The notes under the pieces are model-generated. The model did not search any database, was not told the origin of the DNA, and saw only the letters and a list, made by a program, of their open reading frames with translations. Both the position numbers and the translations under genes were made by a program. A stretch of 34,626 nt of DNA from a virus (Duplodnaviria; Caudoviricetes), in the IMG/VR virus record IMGVR_UViG_3300032254_000023, positions 1 through 34,626 of that record. The stretch is one strand, 5' to 3'. This document shows, piece after piece, positions 7,523 to 16,750 of this stretch. Each line of letters opens with the position of its first letter. Within the stretch, counting starts at the first letter, position 1.

Positions 7523-10195
7523 CTATTCAGGTTGATTACGGTTTTCAGTTGGAACAATGTATTGAGCGCCTGCGCCTGTCATCCATTCTGTCAGCCTTAG
7601 ATTGGCAAACCTATTCGCCTCTGCAGTTGCCGCATTTGGAGGAACCATCAATGCTCTAAACAAATCAGGGTCTTGAATAGCATCACGCAAAAGAGCCGTT
7701 GCCCTGCCTTCAGTGAGGCCTTGTAGTATAGCCTTAACGCGCCCAACTGCCGCCGATGACGTTTTGAGGGAAGCACCGCTAGTGCCAGCGCCAAGCTGAG
7801 CGCCTTTACGCGCGGCCACGGTTTCAAGCACAAAGCTAATAATCCTAGAAGGACCGTCCGTGATTGCCCTATCGCCAACATTTGGAAGAGAGCCTACCGA
7901 GCGCTCCACCCTTGCCATCTCTGCCGCAATGCGGCGCATCCTTAGCAATTCGTCACTTGAAAAGGCTTCTTGCAGAATTTTCTGTGTGCTTTCCTCACCC
8001 ATATTCGCAAGCAGCCGCCGACCAGATATTATCGCCTGCCCTGCCTCGTCGATAGGTCCGCCCATCATACCACCGCCTGTTGACCCGTTTAGAAGATAGT
8101 CAACCAAACCATTTTTATAACCGCGAATAGCTTGGCCCGTTTCGTCACGTATTGCTTGCGCATAAACTTGACTCGCCGCATTTACCGGGTCCTCCGCCTT
8201 GAATATTGAAGCAATTTCACCTCCCCTGTTTGCCTCGGTAAACGCTGCCACGCTGGAATTTCTGGGGTTAGAAACATCACCAGCAATTTGAGCCACGTTT
8301 TCCCCTCGTGCCGCAGCGCGGGCAGCAGACTGTTGAGCGCCTACCATTTCCACCTGAAGCCCCGGATATTTATCAAGCAATTCAGAATTATTCCGCATAA
8401 ACGTTTGCGCCCGATTTAGATTAAGTTCACCATCTGTTATCGCGTAATCTTGAAACCTGTTTTTGATATAGTTTTGAATCGCATCATCCGCGTTACCGTT
8501 TGACCCTGCCGCTCGTCGTATGTCATTAACAGCTACAGCAGAAACAATGCCCCGCCGCCCAACCGAAATATCAAGCGTCATTTCTGGTGGAACGCTACCG
8601 CCTATATTTGTCGATCTTAAAATGCGGCCAACAGTTCCTTGCCTAAACGTCTGGTTCAATTCAAGAGAAAACGCCAGTGCGTTATCGACAAGCCTTCCGA
8701 CTTCAGTTTGCGGGGAAATCGCGCCAAGGTCTTCAAGGGCCGCGTCTTGCAGTATTTTTGCAAACCGAATTGTCTGCCCCCCATCCGGCCTGTCAGCTTC
8801 TCGCCGAATAACCGCTCCTAATTCGCTATATAGTCCATGAACTTCGTTAACATTACCAATTACACCGCCCTGCCTATCGAGAATGCGCGCCGCTACCTGC
8901 GGAATTCTGCCCCTTAATGCTTCTGCTGTATCCGCATCAATTGCGCGCCATGCTGCTTGCAAAGCGTCTGTTTTAACAGGTGTATCAAGTGGCACTAAAT
9001 CCCATATTTCCTTTTCCATTACGCGCGCTTGACCAAGTGCCGCAGAAAGCTCGTCACGCATTGCCATTGAAAGAGTCGCGCTGTCTTGGCCGGAATCCAG
9101 TGCTGCAACTTTTTGCCGTGCCAAATCCTCCGCCTGAGCTACGCGCTGCTGCAACAGGCCGATGTAATAATCTCGCCGCCCACGAATAAAAGAAACCGCA
9201 TCGCGTGGCGTTGCGCCGTCAGCACCCTCTGTAAATGCCCTGCGCAAAAGAGCTGAGGTTTCCGCTGTTCTTGCGCCAAATTCATCTGATAAAGCGGCAT
9301 CAGCATTAAGAACCGTGCGTTCTAGCGACATAAGCCGAGGGTCGCCTGTCCTCTGCGCCGGTGTCATGCTTTCAACAGCCGCGCGCTCAGCATCTGAAAA
9401 TGATTCGGGGACCGCTTCTAAGCGGCTGGCCTGCTCAACTGTATCTGCGGATAGACTCTGAACCCTTCTGCGGGCAATCTCTAAAGACCCGGCTTCTGTA
9501 AATGGGGCAACTGCCGCTTGAAGCCCGCGACCTGCCAAACTAACGCCAGGAAGCTGTCGCGCTGCTGCCTTTATCGCAGTAACCGACGCACCTGGGGCCA
9601 CGCCTGCCGCTAAACCGCCCGCTAAGCCGCTCAGAACCTCGCCGAGAACACCACTGTCGCTTTCCCTTGCCATATCTGCGCCGACTGCTGCACCCCCACC
9701 CGCCATAGCCTCGGCTGTAAAAGCACGAAGTGGAGCACTGGCAAGCGGGGCAGCTATATCACCGGCCACACCGGCTGCGACGCCGCTTCCTTTTGAAATA
9801 AGTCCGGCAGCGCCAAGCATAGGAATCACCGCACCGGCTGCCTCACCCGAACCGCGCGCAAATGTTTCAGCGCTTCCTATAGGTGCGCCTGTGGCAAACG
9901 ATCCTTGTCCAAACGCCATATTGCCCAAATCTGACAAGTTTTGGCTGCCGCCGATTGGATAATCACTTCCCAAACCAACTTGGTCAAGGCCAATATTTAC
10001 AAGATCAACAGGCGCACCTAAAGTTCCAGCTATACCTGCGTTCAATTGTGGGAAAACTCCTTCGCCTTGAATATCAATGCGCGGCCCTGTGTTTTCCGTC
10101 GGGGCGTTGCTTCCAAACGGGTTTGCCTGTGCCTTGGCAATCGCTATAGCCATTTGGGTATCTAATTCTAACTGGTCATTTTGAGCATGGTTCAT
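7523..10195 (-). CDS. Large DNA ejection/internal virion protein (positional gp16 equivalent)
   Basis: ~890 aa, Ala/Gly-rich and helical; third gene after the GNAT; ATG 10195 overlaps the upstream stop. Confidence 0.7.
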   Translation of the reverse strand: MNHAQNDQLELDTQMAIAIAKAQANPFGSNAPTENTGPRIDIQGEGVFPQLNAGIAGTLGAPVDLVNIGLDQVGLGSDYPIGGSQNLSDLGNMAFGQGSFATGAPIGSAETFARGSGEAAGAVIPMLGAAGLISKGSGVAAGVAGDIAAPLASAPLRAFTAEAMAGGGAAVGADMARESDSGVLGEVLSGLAGGLAAGVAPGASVTAIKAAARQLPGVSLAGRGLQAAVAPFTEAGSLEIARRRVQSLSADTVEQASRLEAVPESFSDAERAAVESMTPAQRTGDPRLMSLERTVLNADAALSDEFGARTAETSALLRRAFTEGADGATPRDAVSFIRGRRDYYIGLLQQRVAQAEDLARQKVAALDSGQDSATLSMAMRDELSAALGQARVMEKEIWDLVPLDTPVKTDALQAAWRAIDADTAEALRGRIPQVAARILDRQGGVIGNVNEVHGLYSELGAVIRREADRPDGGQTIRFAKILQDAALEDLGAISPQTEVGRLVDNALAFSLELNQTFRQGTVGRILRSTNIGGSVPPEMTLDISVGRRGIVSAVAVNDIRRAAGSNGNADDAIQNYIKNRFQDYAITDGELNLNRAQTFMRNNSELLDKYPGLQVEMVGAQQSAARAAARGENVAQIAGDVSNPRNSSVAAFTEANRGGEIASIFKAEDPVNAASQVYAQAIRDETGQAIRGYKNGLVDYLLNGSTGGGMMGGPIDEAGQAIISGRRLLANMGEESTQKILQEAFSSDELLRMRRIAAEMARVERSVGSLPNVGDRAITDGPSRIISFVLETVAARKGAQLGAGTSGASLKTSSAAVGRVKAILQGLTEGRATALLRDAIQDPDLFRALMVPPNAATAEANRFANLRLTEWMTGAGAQYIVPTENRNQPE

Positions 10196-11595
10196 TGCTG
10201 TCCGCCAATTCTTTGCAACCATCTTGCCTTAATGTCATCAGGCAAGAACTCCCATACCTGTTCAGCCGAAACATCAGCGCCAGAAGTTTCTATTTGCTGC
10301 ATAAACTCAGGGGATGAAATAACCGCCTGAACATTAGGAGGTGTCTGTGTAATCTGTTGTCCAGTTTGCTGCCCGCCAATGGATTCACCTAGAACTCCAT
10401 AACTATTTATTAGCCCTTGCAGGTTTCGCGCGTTTACTCTTGCCGCTTGAATTTGCGCCGGGGTGTTTGCCCCGTTAATGATGTCGTTTTGATTGCTTAA
10501 TTGTTCTGCCAAGAGCCGCTGCATAGCAAATGTGCGGTTTTGGGCATCCGCAACACCGCCGCCAAACTGTGACGGCGCAACTGTCATGTTTGTGATTAAT
10601 TCTCTTACTTGGTTAGTATCTCTGCCAGACATGGATTGACTTAAAACAAGAATCGTCTGATTCTGTAAGTTCTCAAGAATCCGGGTTGCATCCGCCGCTA
10701 CAGGGGCAACCTGCCCTAACCCCATAAAGTCAGTCACCGCATTTGCAGTATTACCGATAACAGCAGGCGCACCAAAAGCGGCAGAATAATCGATGCTCGG
10801 TATCGAAGTCGCTGGAGGTGTTTCAGTTGGTGCTGCTAGCTCAGGCTGCCCGTTTTGATCACCGCCGCCAACTTGTTGTCCTGTAGCTTTGTCGATAATA
10901 ACAGATTGGTTAGTTTCTGGGTTCCGGGATACAACCCACCGGCCAGCGGCAATATTGACTGCCTGTTCTTCAGTTGCTCCTTGGCTCATAAGAAGTCGTA
11001 TTTTTTCCGCCGAAGATGTTTCCCTTGCCTGTGCTGGCTGCGCTGTGACTGGTTGATTGTCCGGCACACGAGAACTATTAGGCCCAAGCGTTACGAATTC
11101 CTGCGGAGGCAATGCCATGTCAAAATTAGCCCGGATAACAGGGGACCACTGCGCGTAGTTTTCTGACGTAATACCAAGCTCGTTTAGCTGGTCGGAGATT
11201 CCTAGTTGAGCCATGCCTGCATTAAACGCCTCCGGGCCTTGCTGGATAAGTTCATCACCAACCCTTAATGCCTGCTCAATTTTAGCCCTGTCAGCCGCCG
11301 AAACACTGGCCGCCTGCGCCCGCGCTGCCGCCGCTCGTCGTGCTGCAATGGCTTGTTCCCGCCCCTCAACCTGCCCCCTGAAGGCAAATGCGCCCGCCGG
11401 GTCAAACTGTGCGAATTGGTCAAGCGCCGCCCTGTCGCCTCCGAGCATAGCCGCGCCTTGGTCGCGCTGGAATGCCTGCAAAGCGTTTTCTCTGTTGCGC
11501 TGCCCTTGGTTAAAGCCCTGCGCGTCTGCGTTCATAATGCCGCCCGCCAAGTCCGGGGACTGGCCACCTAGAATTAGCATAGGATTGAGTGCCAT
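10192..11595 (-). CDS. DNA ejection protein (positional gp20 equivalent)
   Basis: Gln/Ala-rich, 467 aa, between the gp7-like and large ejection genes. Confidence 0.65.
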   Translation of the reverse strand: MALNPMLILGGQSPDLAGGIMNADAQGFNQGQRNRENALQAFQRDQGAAMLGGDRAALDQFAQFDPAGAFAFRGQVEGREQAIAARRAAAARAQAASVSAADRAKIEQALRVGDELIQQGPEAFNAGMAQLGISDQLNELGITSENYAQWSPVIRANFDMALPPQEFVTLGPNSSRVPDNQPVTAQPAQARETSSAEKIRLLMSQGATEEQAVNIAAGRWVVSRNPETNQSVIIDKATGQQVGGGDQNGQPELAAPTETPPATSIPSIDYSAAFGAPAVIGNTANAVTDFMGLGQVAPVAADATRILENLQNQTILVLSQSMSGRDTNQVRELITNMTVAPSQFGGGVADAQNRTFAMQRLLAEQLSNQNDIINGANTPAQIQAARVNARNLQGLINSYGVLGESIGGQQTGQQITQTPPNVQAVISSPEFMQQIETSGADVSAEQVWEFLPDDIKARWLQRIGGQQ

Positions 11596-12245
11596 CAGTA
11601 AAGCACCCCGCTATTAGCATTGTTAAACGCGCCTTGCTGTTGCGCTTGGCCATATTGATAAAGCTGCATAGCGTTACCGATGCCGCCCTGTATCGCGTTG
11701 CCAACGCCGATAGAACCAGCCGACTGTGCGTTGCCAATATTTGAAAACGCATTGCCCGCCCCTGTGGCGAAGTTTTGCCCCGCCTGCGCCTGAGCACCTG
11801 CGCTTGATTGGCCCATATTCGCCAAAAACGCCAGCCTGTTAAGCTGGTTATCTCTGTCACCCGTTGCGATATTGGTGCGCATCTTTTCAAGCGATTGCAA
11901 GGAAGCGCCCGAGAATAGATTGCCTCGCCCGGCAGCGCCCGCCTCGATTGTATCCCGCCCTTGTTCTGTGGCAAATCGGGCTGCCGGTGATAGAGAAATT
12001 CCTTGGTATCCCTCCGGCTGATCACCGATGCCCTGCTCGAAAGCAAGGGCTTGCAATGCGTTTGTGCCGGTGCCAAGAAACGGGGCAAAGCGGTCTGTTG
12101 TTTCGCCGTAAATCCGCTCTTGCAATTCAAGGTCGTTTTTAGCCGCGCCCGCTTGCGCTTTTGCGGCTTTATTGGCCGAGCTCGCCCCTATAACAGACGA
12201 TCCAATTGAGCCAATTATACCAAGTGTAATAGGGTCAACGCCCAT
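11595..12245 (-). CDS. DNA transfer/ejection protein (P22 gp7-like)
   Basis: Gly-rich N-terminus, ANKAAKAQ, APFLGTG, AAGRGNLFSG and LANMGQSS motifs. Confidence 0.8.
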   Translation of the reverse strand: MGVDPITLGIIGSIGSSVIGASSANKAAKAQAGAAKNDLELQERIYGETTDRFAPFLGTGTNALQALAFEQGIGDQPEGYQGISLSPAARFATEQGRDTIEAGAAGRGNLFSGASLQSLEKMRTNIATGDRDNQLNRLAFLANMGQSSAGAQAQAGQNFATGAGNAFSNIGNAQSAGSIGVGNAIQGGIGNAMQLYQYGQAQQQGAFNNANSGVLY

Positions 12246-12648
12246 GATTCGATCCTTTCTTCCATTCCTGCATTACAATCCTGTCATCCAAGTCCAAATA
12301 ACCAACCACTTTGAACCCTATTCGTTTGGCTATGCTTAAGGCCAGCTTGTTGCTTTCTGGCGTCCATCCTATAATCAGCTTAGCTTTAACCGCGTTCCAG
12401 TGTTCTTTAAGTATTGATAACATATGCCCATCGTATTTACCAAGCCCTTCACGCTTAACCCCGTAATGGACCATCCAAACACCTTCCTCAAAACCATAAT
12501 GCGCAATACCGCAAACAGGGCCAGACGCATAAAATAGCAACCCGTCGTCATGCAGGTTCTCAGGGTCAAGCCCGCCGATGCGCTGTGATTTGTCCTGAAA
12601 GAACGCCATTGCCTCTTTCGCTGTGATTTTCTTGACACTATGCTTCAT
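12235..12648 (-). CDS. GNAT-fold protein (P22 gp14 position)
   Basis: TPESNKLALSIAKRIGFKVVG GNAT C-terminal motif. Confidence 0.75.
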   Translation of the reverse strand: MKHSVKKITAKEAMAFFQDKSQRIGGLDPENLHDDGLLFYASGPVCGIAHYGFEEGVWMVHYGVKREGLGKYDGHMLSILKEHWNAVKAKLIIGWTPESNKLALSIAKRIGFKVVGYLDLDDRIVMQEWKKGSNHGR

Positions 12649-12914
12649 GGACCTATCAATCCGTGTGCTGTTAAATCATCAATCAATGCTTTGAGGCGCT
12701 GCCCTATTTCCACAGTTGTAGCCGTGGCTGTGTCAAACGTGGCGCGGCTTGCTGTTCCGGTTGGCGCGGCCCATCCTGTTTGCACATCATCAAGAACCGC
12801 AGAATTAGCCTCCGATGCCTTTACGATTTCCTGCATTAATTGCTGGCCAACAAGCGTTAACCGCCCTTCAGGGGTCATATATGCTTCTATTCCTGAAATT
12901 GGGGGAATGCTCAT
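12645..12914 (-). CDS. Short tail needle-like protein
   Basis: C-terminus TGWAAPTGTASRATF...RLKALIDDLTAHGLI resembles HK620/P22-like needle ends; lies after the gp10-like gene. Confidence 0.6.
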   Translation of the reverse strand: MSIPPISGIEAYMTPEGRLTLVGQQLMQEIVKASEANSAVLDDVQTGWAAPTGTASRATFDTATATTVEIGQRLKALIDDLTAHGLIGP

Positions 12915-14284
12915 TTCACCACCAAAATAGCTTCTGAATATAGTGAAACGTCAACATCGTCCGTCATGCTGACCTCGGCAACAAAATCACGAAACTGCCC
13001 AAGGCCGCGCCATATTGGCCGCTTGAAGCGCTCGCCAACCTTGCCGATGCCCCTAGTTTTTTCACCAGACCATGTTCTTCCGCCGTCTTTTGAAAACCGG
13101 GCCATGATTATAGGTTCACGAATTACGCCGCCTGTGGTTATTTCTTGTTCACCAAAACGCCCAAGCACCTCAAATTCAGCCGCCGTGAACCGATTGCCCG
13201 CGCTATAAAATGACCTCGAAACTATGGTGCGGCGCAATGGTGCTGAAACATCAGTGTTTCCCTTCATTTCGTAAATCTTGCCAATATTTGTCGCGGAAAG
13301 CCACTTTGAATACGCAAAAACCACGCCTATAGATTCCCATTCGTTGTGCTCAACGCCAGAGCTTCTCTCGTGCCACAAAGACGTGGTAAAATCATAGCAC
13401 CATGCTGGCCGGTCAGAAAACCGAATGACGCAAATCTTATGCCCTCGATATTCGTAATAATAGCAGTGCGTTGGTGTTTTTTCTGCCGTAGCCGTTTCAA
13501 CGGCAGGTGTTGAAATCGGGGAAAGTCCAGCGCCGCTCGACAAATAAGTAACACCGTCATTTCCGACAAAGAAAATGCCGCCATCGAAGCGCACCGCCAG
13601 CTTTGCCGATTTTATACCTATATCAGACGTGCCGCCTGCAAGTGGGGCAAAGGCATTAGCCCCAGCCGCGCCGGTATTATACCAAATCTCTGTGCTTTCC
13701 TGATTAAACAGCCAAATGTAATTCATGTGCGGAATAACACGAATAACATCATCGTTATTGCTTTCGCACGTTGCAAAATTCAGCCCGTCTCTTGTTTCAG
13801 GGTCAGCAAGGGCCGTCCATTCAAACCGGTTGCCGCCTAATTCTGTTAGTATTGTGTATTGCCCCGAAAAACCAACAGAGCCAATGCTGGTTAAAAGCCC
13901 GCCCGCTGGTTGTGATAGCGTTGTCCCATCCCACACGTAATAATTGCCGCCCGCCGAAATTGTTACGCTTGCCCCGTTCCCGTCAATAATCGTATTCTCG
14001 TCATCCGTAATAGAGCCAAGCAGCGTGACCGCACCACTAGAACCAACACTAAACAAATTTCCAGCGGCAGCCACATAAAGAACCCCATTAACTGTTTTCA
14101 TGTCTCGCAGTAAAACCGTTTCCGTATCCGCAAAAGAAATCTGGCCCGGCACAGACCGTAGTGTCATTGTGGTCTTGCTGCCTTGGTTCATTCTTTCAGC
14201 GATCATATTTATCAGCCGTTCAGGATTGGCGGCAACGTTGCTGCTATCCCGGCTTGATTGTGATGCTAAGATGACCTTTGCCAT
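12911..14284 (-). CDS. Tail hub / packaged-DNA stabilization protein (P22 gp10-like)
   Basis: 457-aa beta-propeller-like; STEIWYNTG, WCYDFTTSLWHER, SKDGGRTWS and WRGLGQFR motifs. Confidence 0.85.
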   Translation of the reverse strand: MAKVILASQSSRDSSNVAANPERLINMIAERMNQGSKTTMTLRSVPGQISFADTETVLLRDMKTVNGVLYVAAAGNLFSVGSSGAVTLLGSITDDENTIIDGNGASVTISAGGNYYVWDGTTLSQPAGGLLTSIGSVGFSGQYTILTELGGNRFEWTALADPETRDGLNFATCESNNDDVIRVIPHMNYIWLFNQESTEIWYNTGAAGANAFAPLAGGTSDIGIKSAKLAVRFDGGIFFVGNDGVTYLSSGAGLSPISTPAVETATAEKTPTHCYYYEYRGHKICVIRFSDRPAWCYDFTTSLWHERSSGVEHNEWESIGVVFAYSKWLSATNIGKIYEMKGNTDVSAPLRRTIVSRSFYSAGNRFTAAEFEVLGRFGEQEITTGGVIREPIIMARFSKDGGRTWSGEKTRGIGKVGERFKRPIWRGLGQFRDFVAEVSMTDDVDVSLYSEAILVVK

Positions 14285-14631
14285 TAGAAATAAACCGCCT
14301 GAACTTCGCGCCCATCAACTTTTAGCTGTGTTAATTCGTAATCCCTGACCATGCTGTGACCGCGCTTATATTCGGCGATATATTCGGGCTTGCTATACCC
14401 GGAGGCCAAAGAACCGCCCAACATAATCGAAAGCGGCAGAAATACGGCTTCAGGAACCGTGGCCAGCGTCCAAGCCATTGCAAGTTCATCCGTGTTAGAC
14501 AAAAGGTCATAAATAGCTGTTAGGTGAGCCGAGGCGCGGCTTATATCCGCAGCATCAGGCGTATCTTCTATGTCCGCCACGCCAATATGGCGCAAAGCCT
14601 CGGTTTGAACCTCAAGCGCTGTCTTTGTCAT
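14284..14631 (-). CDS. Head-tail adaptor (P22 gp4-like)
   Basis: ALRHIGV...PDAAD helical N-terminus; position between capsid and hub genes. Confidence 0.7.
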   Translation of the reverse strand: MTKTALEVQTEALRHIGVADIEDTPDAADISRASAHLTAIYDLLSNTDELAMAWTLATVPEAVFLPLSIMLGGSLASGYSKPEYIAEYKRGHSMVRDYELTQLKVDGREVQAVYF

Positions 14632-14791
14632 TTTTTGCCTTTCGTGGCTTTGCTACCGCGAAATAATCAAGCCGCACTAGTCGGTCCTGAAAATCACCGT
14701 CTGCAACCTCAACAGGCTTGCCCTTGGCAAACGTAACTCCGCGAAGAGTTATCTCCGTTTGGTCGTTAATGCCTAAAAATTTAATCTTCAT
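14612..14791 (-). CDS. Small post-capsid protein, 59 aa (not in ORF track)
   Basis: AGGAG RBS; MKIKFLGIND...RGVTFAKGKPVEV...YFAVAKPRKAKNDKDSA. Confidence 0.7.
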   Translation of the reverse strand: MKIKFLGINDQTEITLRGVTFAKGKPVEVADGDFQDRLVRLDYFAVAKPRKAKNDKDSA

Positions 14792-14840
14792 AATATTTCT
14801 CCTGAAGGTAGGGAAGGCCCGAAAGCCTCCCCCGTTAATA

Positions 14841-15923
14841 TTAAGCGTCTGCTACCGAAGCCATGAAGCCAGTAACCACACCGTGGTCTTTCAGGTCCGC
14901 AACATCAGAAGAGCCGGAACCAAAGGTCAGCTTTTCGAATCCGCCCATTTCGAAAATACCGCAGCCTTTTTTGCGGCCATAATCGAACAGCTCTTCCTGC
15001 GAGTTCCAGCGCTCCGCAATACCGTAACCAAGCGCCTGAGCGCCACAGAGGTAAACGGGTGCAACGTCAATGCCAGCAGCGCCAACGCCGGAAAGAACGC
15101 CAATATCTTCGATCTCCTTGAAGATAATGCCGTCCCATTCAATATCACCGCCTTTGAACAGCTTTTCATTTTGCATCCGCATGGATACATCACGCTGCGC
15201 GGCGGTGATTGTGGTATCAGCTTTCAAATCGCGGAAAACCAAGGAAGGCACATACATCGTGTAAAAGAACCGCCCGGAGGTGCTGGACATGACTGGCCGA
15301 ATCTTCGGGTTTGCCGTTCGTGCAATCCGCTTCATCAGCGAGGCAACACCGGATGTCAACTTATCGTTGGTGCCGTCTACGTTCGCCAAAGCTACAGAGT
15401 GATCAACGTTGTAGTTACCAACCGCCGAGCCAAACAATACGCGGTCCACATTATCAACGCACCACACATCCTTTTGCGCTTCAGACGCTGAGCCATAAGC
15501 AACGCCGTTAATGGAGCCGAGCGCCGTAATAATCCGGTCCCGGGTGTTTTCCATCGCCCAGACCTTAAGGCCCATTTTGGCGGCTTTACGGAGGTCCATC
15601 GCGGAGATTTGGTTTTCCCAGCTAGTAGACCGAACCGCATTACCGCGCTCGTTGATGGTCATTTTGAACGAGCGGGTGTCCAAATCTTCCTCGTTGCCCT
15701 CCATCGTCGCGCCGTCGGTTACGCCAGCGCCCGTTAGGCGATTGGACAAGGCAAAGGTAATCGAGTCACCTTTTTTCTTCTTCAAATCCTCCTTGATCTG
15801 AATGATTGCGTTTTCGCTTGTCCCCATATCGGAGGCAAAGCGGTTTTCTTGGACATGTTCAACAAAGAACTTGTCGTCCCATTGCTGGACCGTGAGGCCC
15901 GTTGCTGCTGTGGTTTCGGCCAT
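14841..15923 (-). CDS. Major capsid protein (N4-gp56/DUF4043-like)
   Basis: QIKEDLKKKKGDSITF, LTGAGV...MEGNEE, CGAQAL and DHGVVT motifs; AAGGAG RBS. Confidence 0.88.
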   Translation of the reverse strand: MAETTAATGLTVQQWDDKFFVEHVQENRFASDMGTSENAIIQIKEDLKKKKGDSITFALSNRLTGAGVTDGATMEGNEEDLDTRSFKMTINERGNAVRSTSWENQISAMDLRKAAKMGLKVWAMENTRDRIITALGSINGVAYGSASEAQKDVWCVDNVDRVLFGSAVGNYNVDHSVALANVDGTNDKLTSGVASLMKRIARTANPKIRPVMSSTSGRFFYTMYVPSLVFRDLKADTTITAAQRDVSMRMQNEKLFKGGDIEWDGIIFKEIEDIGVLSGVGAAGIDVAPVYLCGAQALGYGIAERWNSQEELFDYGRKKGCGIFEMGGFEKLTFGSGSSDVADLKDHGVVTGFMASVADA

Positions 15924-15950
15924 GCCGAACTCCTTTTCGTGTTAGGGTGG

Positions 15951-16664
15951 CTATTCCCCAACCGCCTTTTCTAGCGACGTGGGGCCATCCCAAGAAGTCT
16001 TGGGACCACCACCTATTCCAGTTACATTGGCCATTGAGGGAGCAGGATTTCCCGCCGCCGCCTTGGCCTGTTCCGCTGCCATTTCTGCTTGAAGTTCTTG
16101 ACGCATTCTAACCCGCTCAGCTTCTTTCCACGCAACCGGGTCATCACCGATTTCGGACATTGCCAAACGCCGCTTATCCCACGTCATCAGCGCCTGATAA
16201 GGCAGCCTTTCCGCGAGAATAGCATTTATCGCAGCCTTATCGCCCGAAGCCTTTAGAGCCTCGAACGCAGTAGCAACAGCTTCCTTGCCGTGCTTTTCTT
16301 CTGCAATTGCTTGTGACATATCCAAGCGCGTGTTGGCCGCTACCTGATTCATTTGCTCTTGCTGATGCTTATTATAGCCTTCAGGGTCGGCAAACATATC
16401 AGGGGCTTTAACCTCTGGCTTTGCTTTCAAAGCTGCTTCCATCTCGGAAATTCGACTTTCCAAGGCTTTGCGCTCTGATCGCTCTTCCAGATAGGTAGCG
16501 AGCGGCACCTGCTCTTTTGCGGGTTCTTTTGTGGGTTCTTCAGTGGCCTCGGGTTCTTCCTCGGCCTTCACTTCATCCACAACAACAGCGTCTTCAACAA
16601 CCTCAGCCACCGGCTCGGCTGTTGGTTCTTCTGTCTTGCCTTCTAAAATATCTTCAAGTTCCAT
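15951..16664 (-). CDS. Scaffolding protein
   Basis: Acidic N-terminus, VPLATYLEERSERK and PDMFADPEGY motifs; between portal and capsid genes. Confidence 0.8.
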   Translation of the reverse strand: MELEDILEGKTEEPTAEPVAEVVEDAVVVDEVKAEEEPEATEEPTKEPAKEQVPLATYLEERSERKALESRISEMEAALKAKPEVKAPDMFADPEGYNKHQQEQMNQVAANTRLDMSQAIAEEKHGKEAVATAFEALKASGDKAAINAILAERLPYQALMTWDKRRLAMSEIGDDPVAWKEAERVRMRQELQAEMAAEQAKAAAGNPAPSMANVTGIGGGPKTSWDGPTSLEKAVGE

Positions 16665-16750
16665 GACTTTCTCTTTCACGTTGAGTTAAACGAAACGCCC
16701 GTAACGTCGGCGACACGAAACACCTTAATACCCCAAGATGAAAAGGGTCC

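Noticed and set aside
14718-15491. 257-aa plus-strand ORF and similar long antisense ORFs (1114-1776, 28144-28782)
   Set aside because: They lie opposite well-supported genes and have no motifs or RBS
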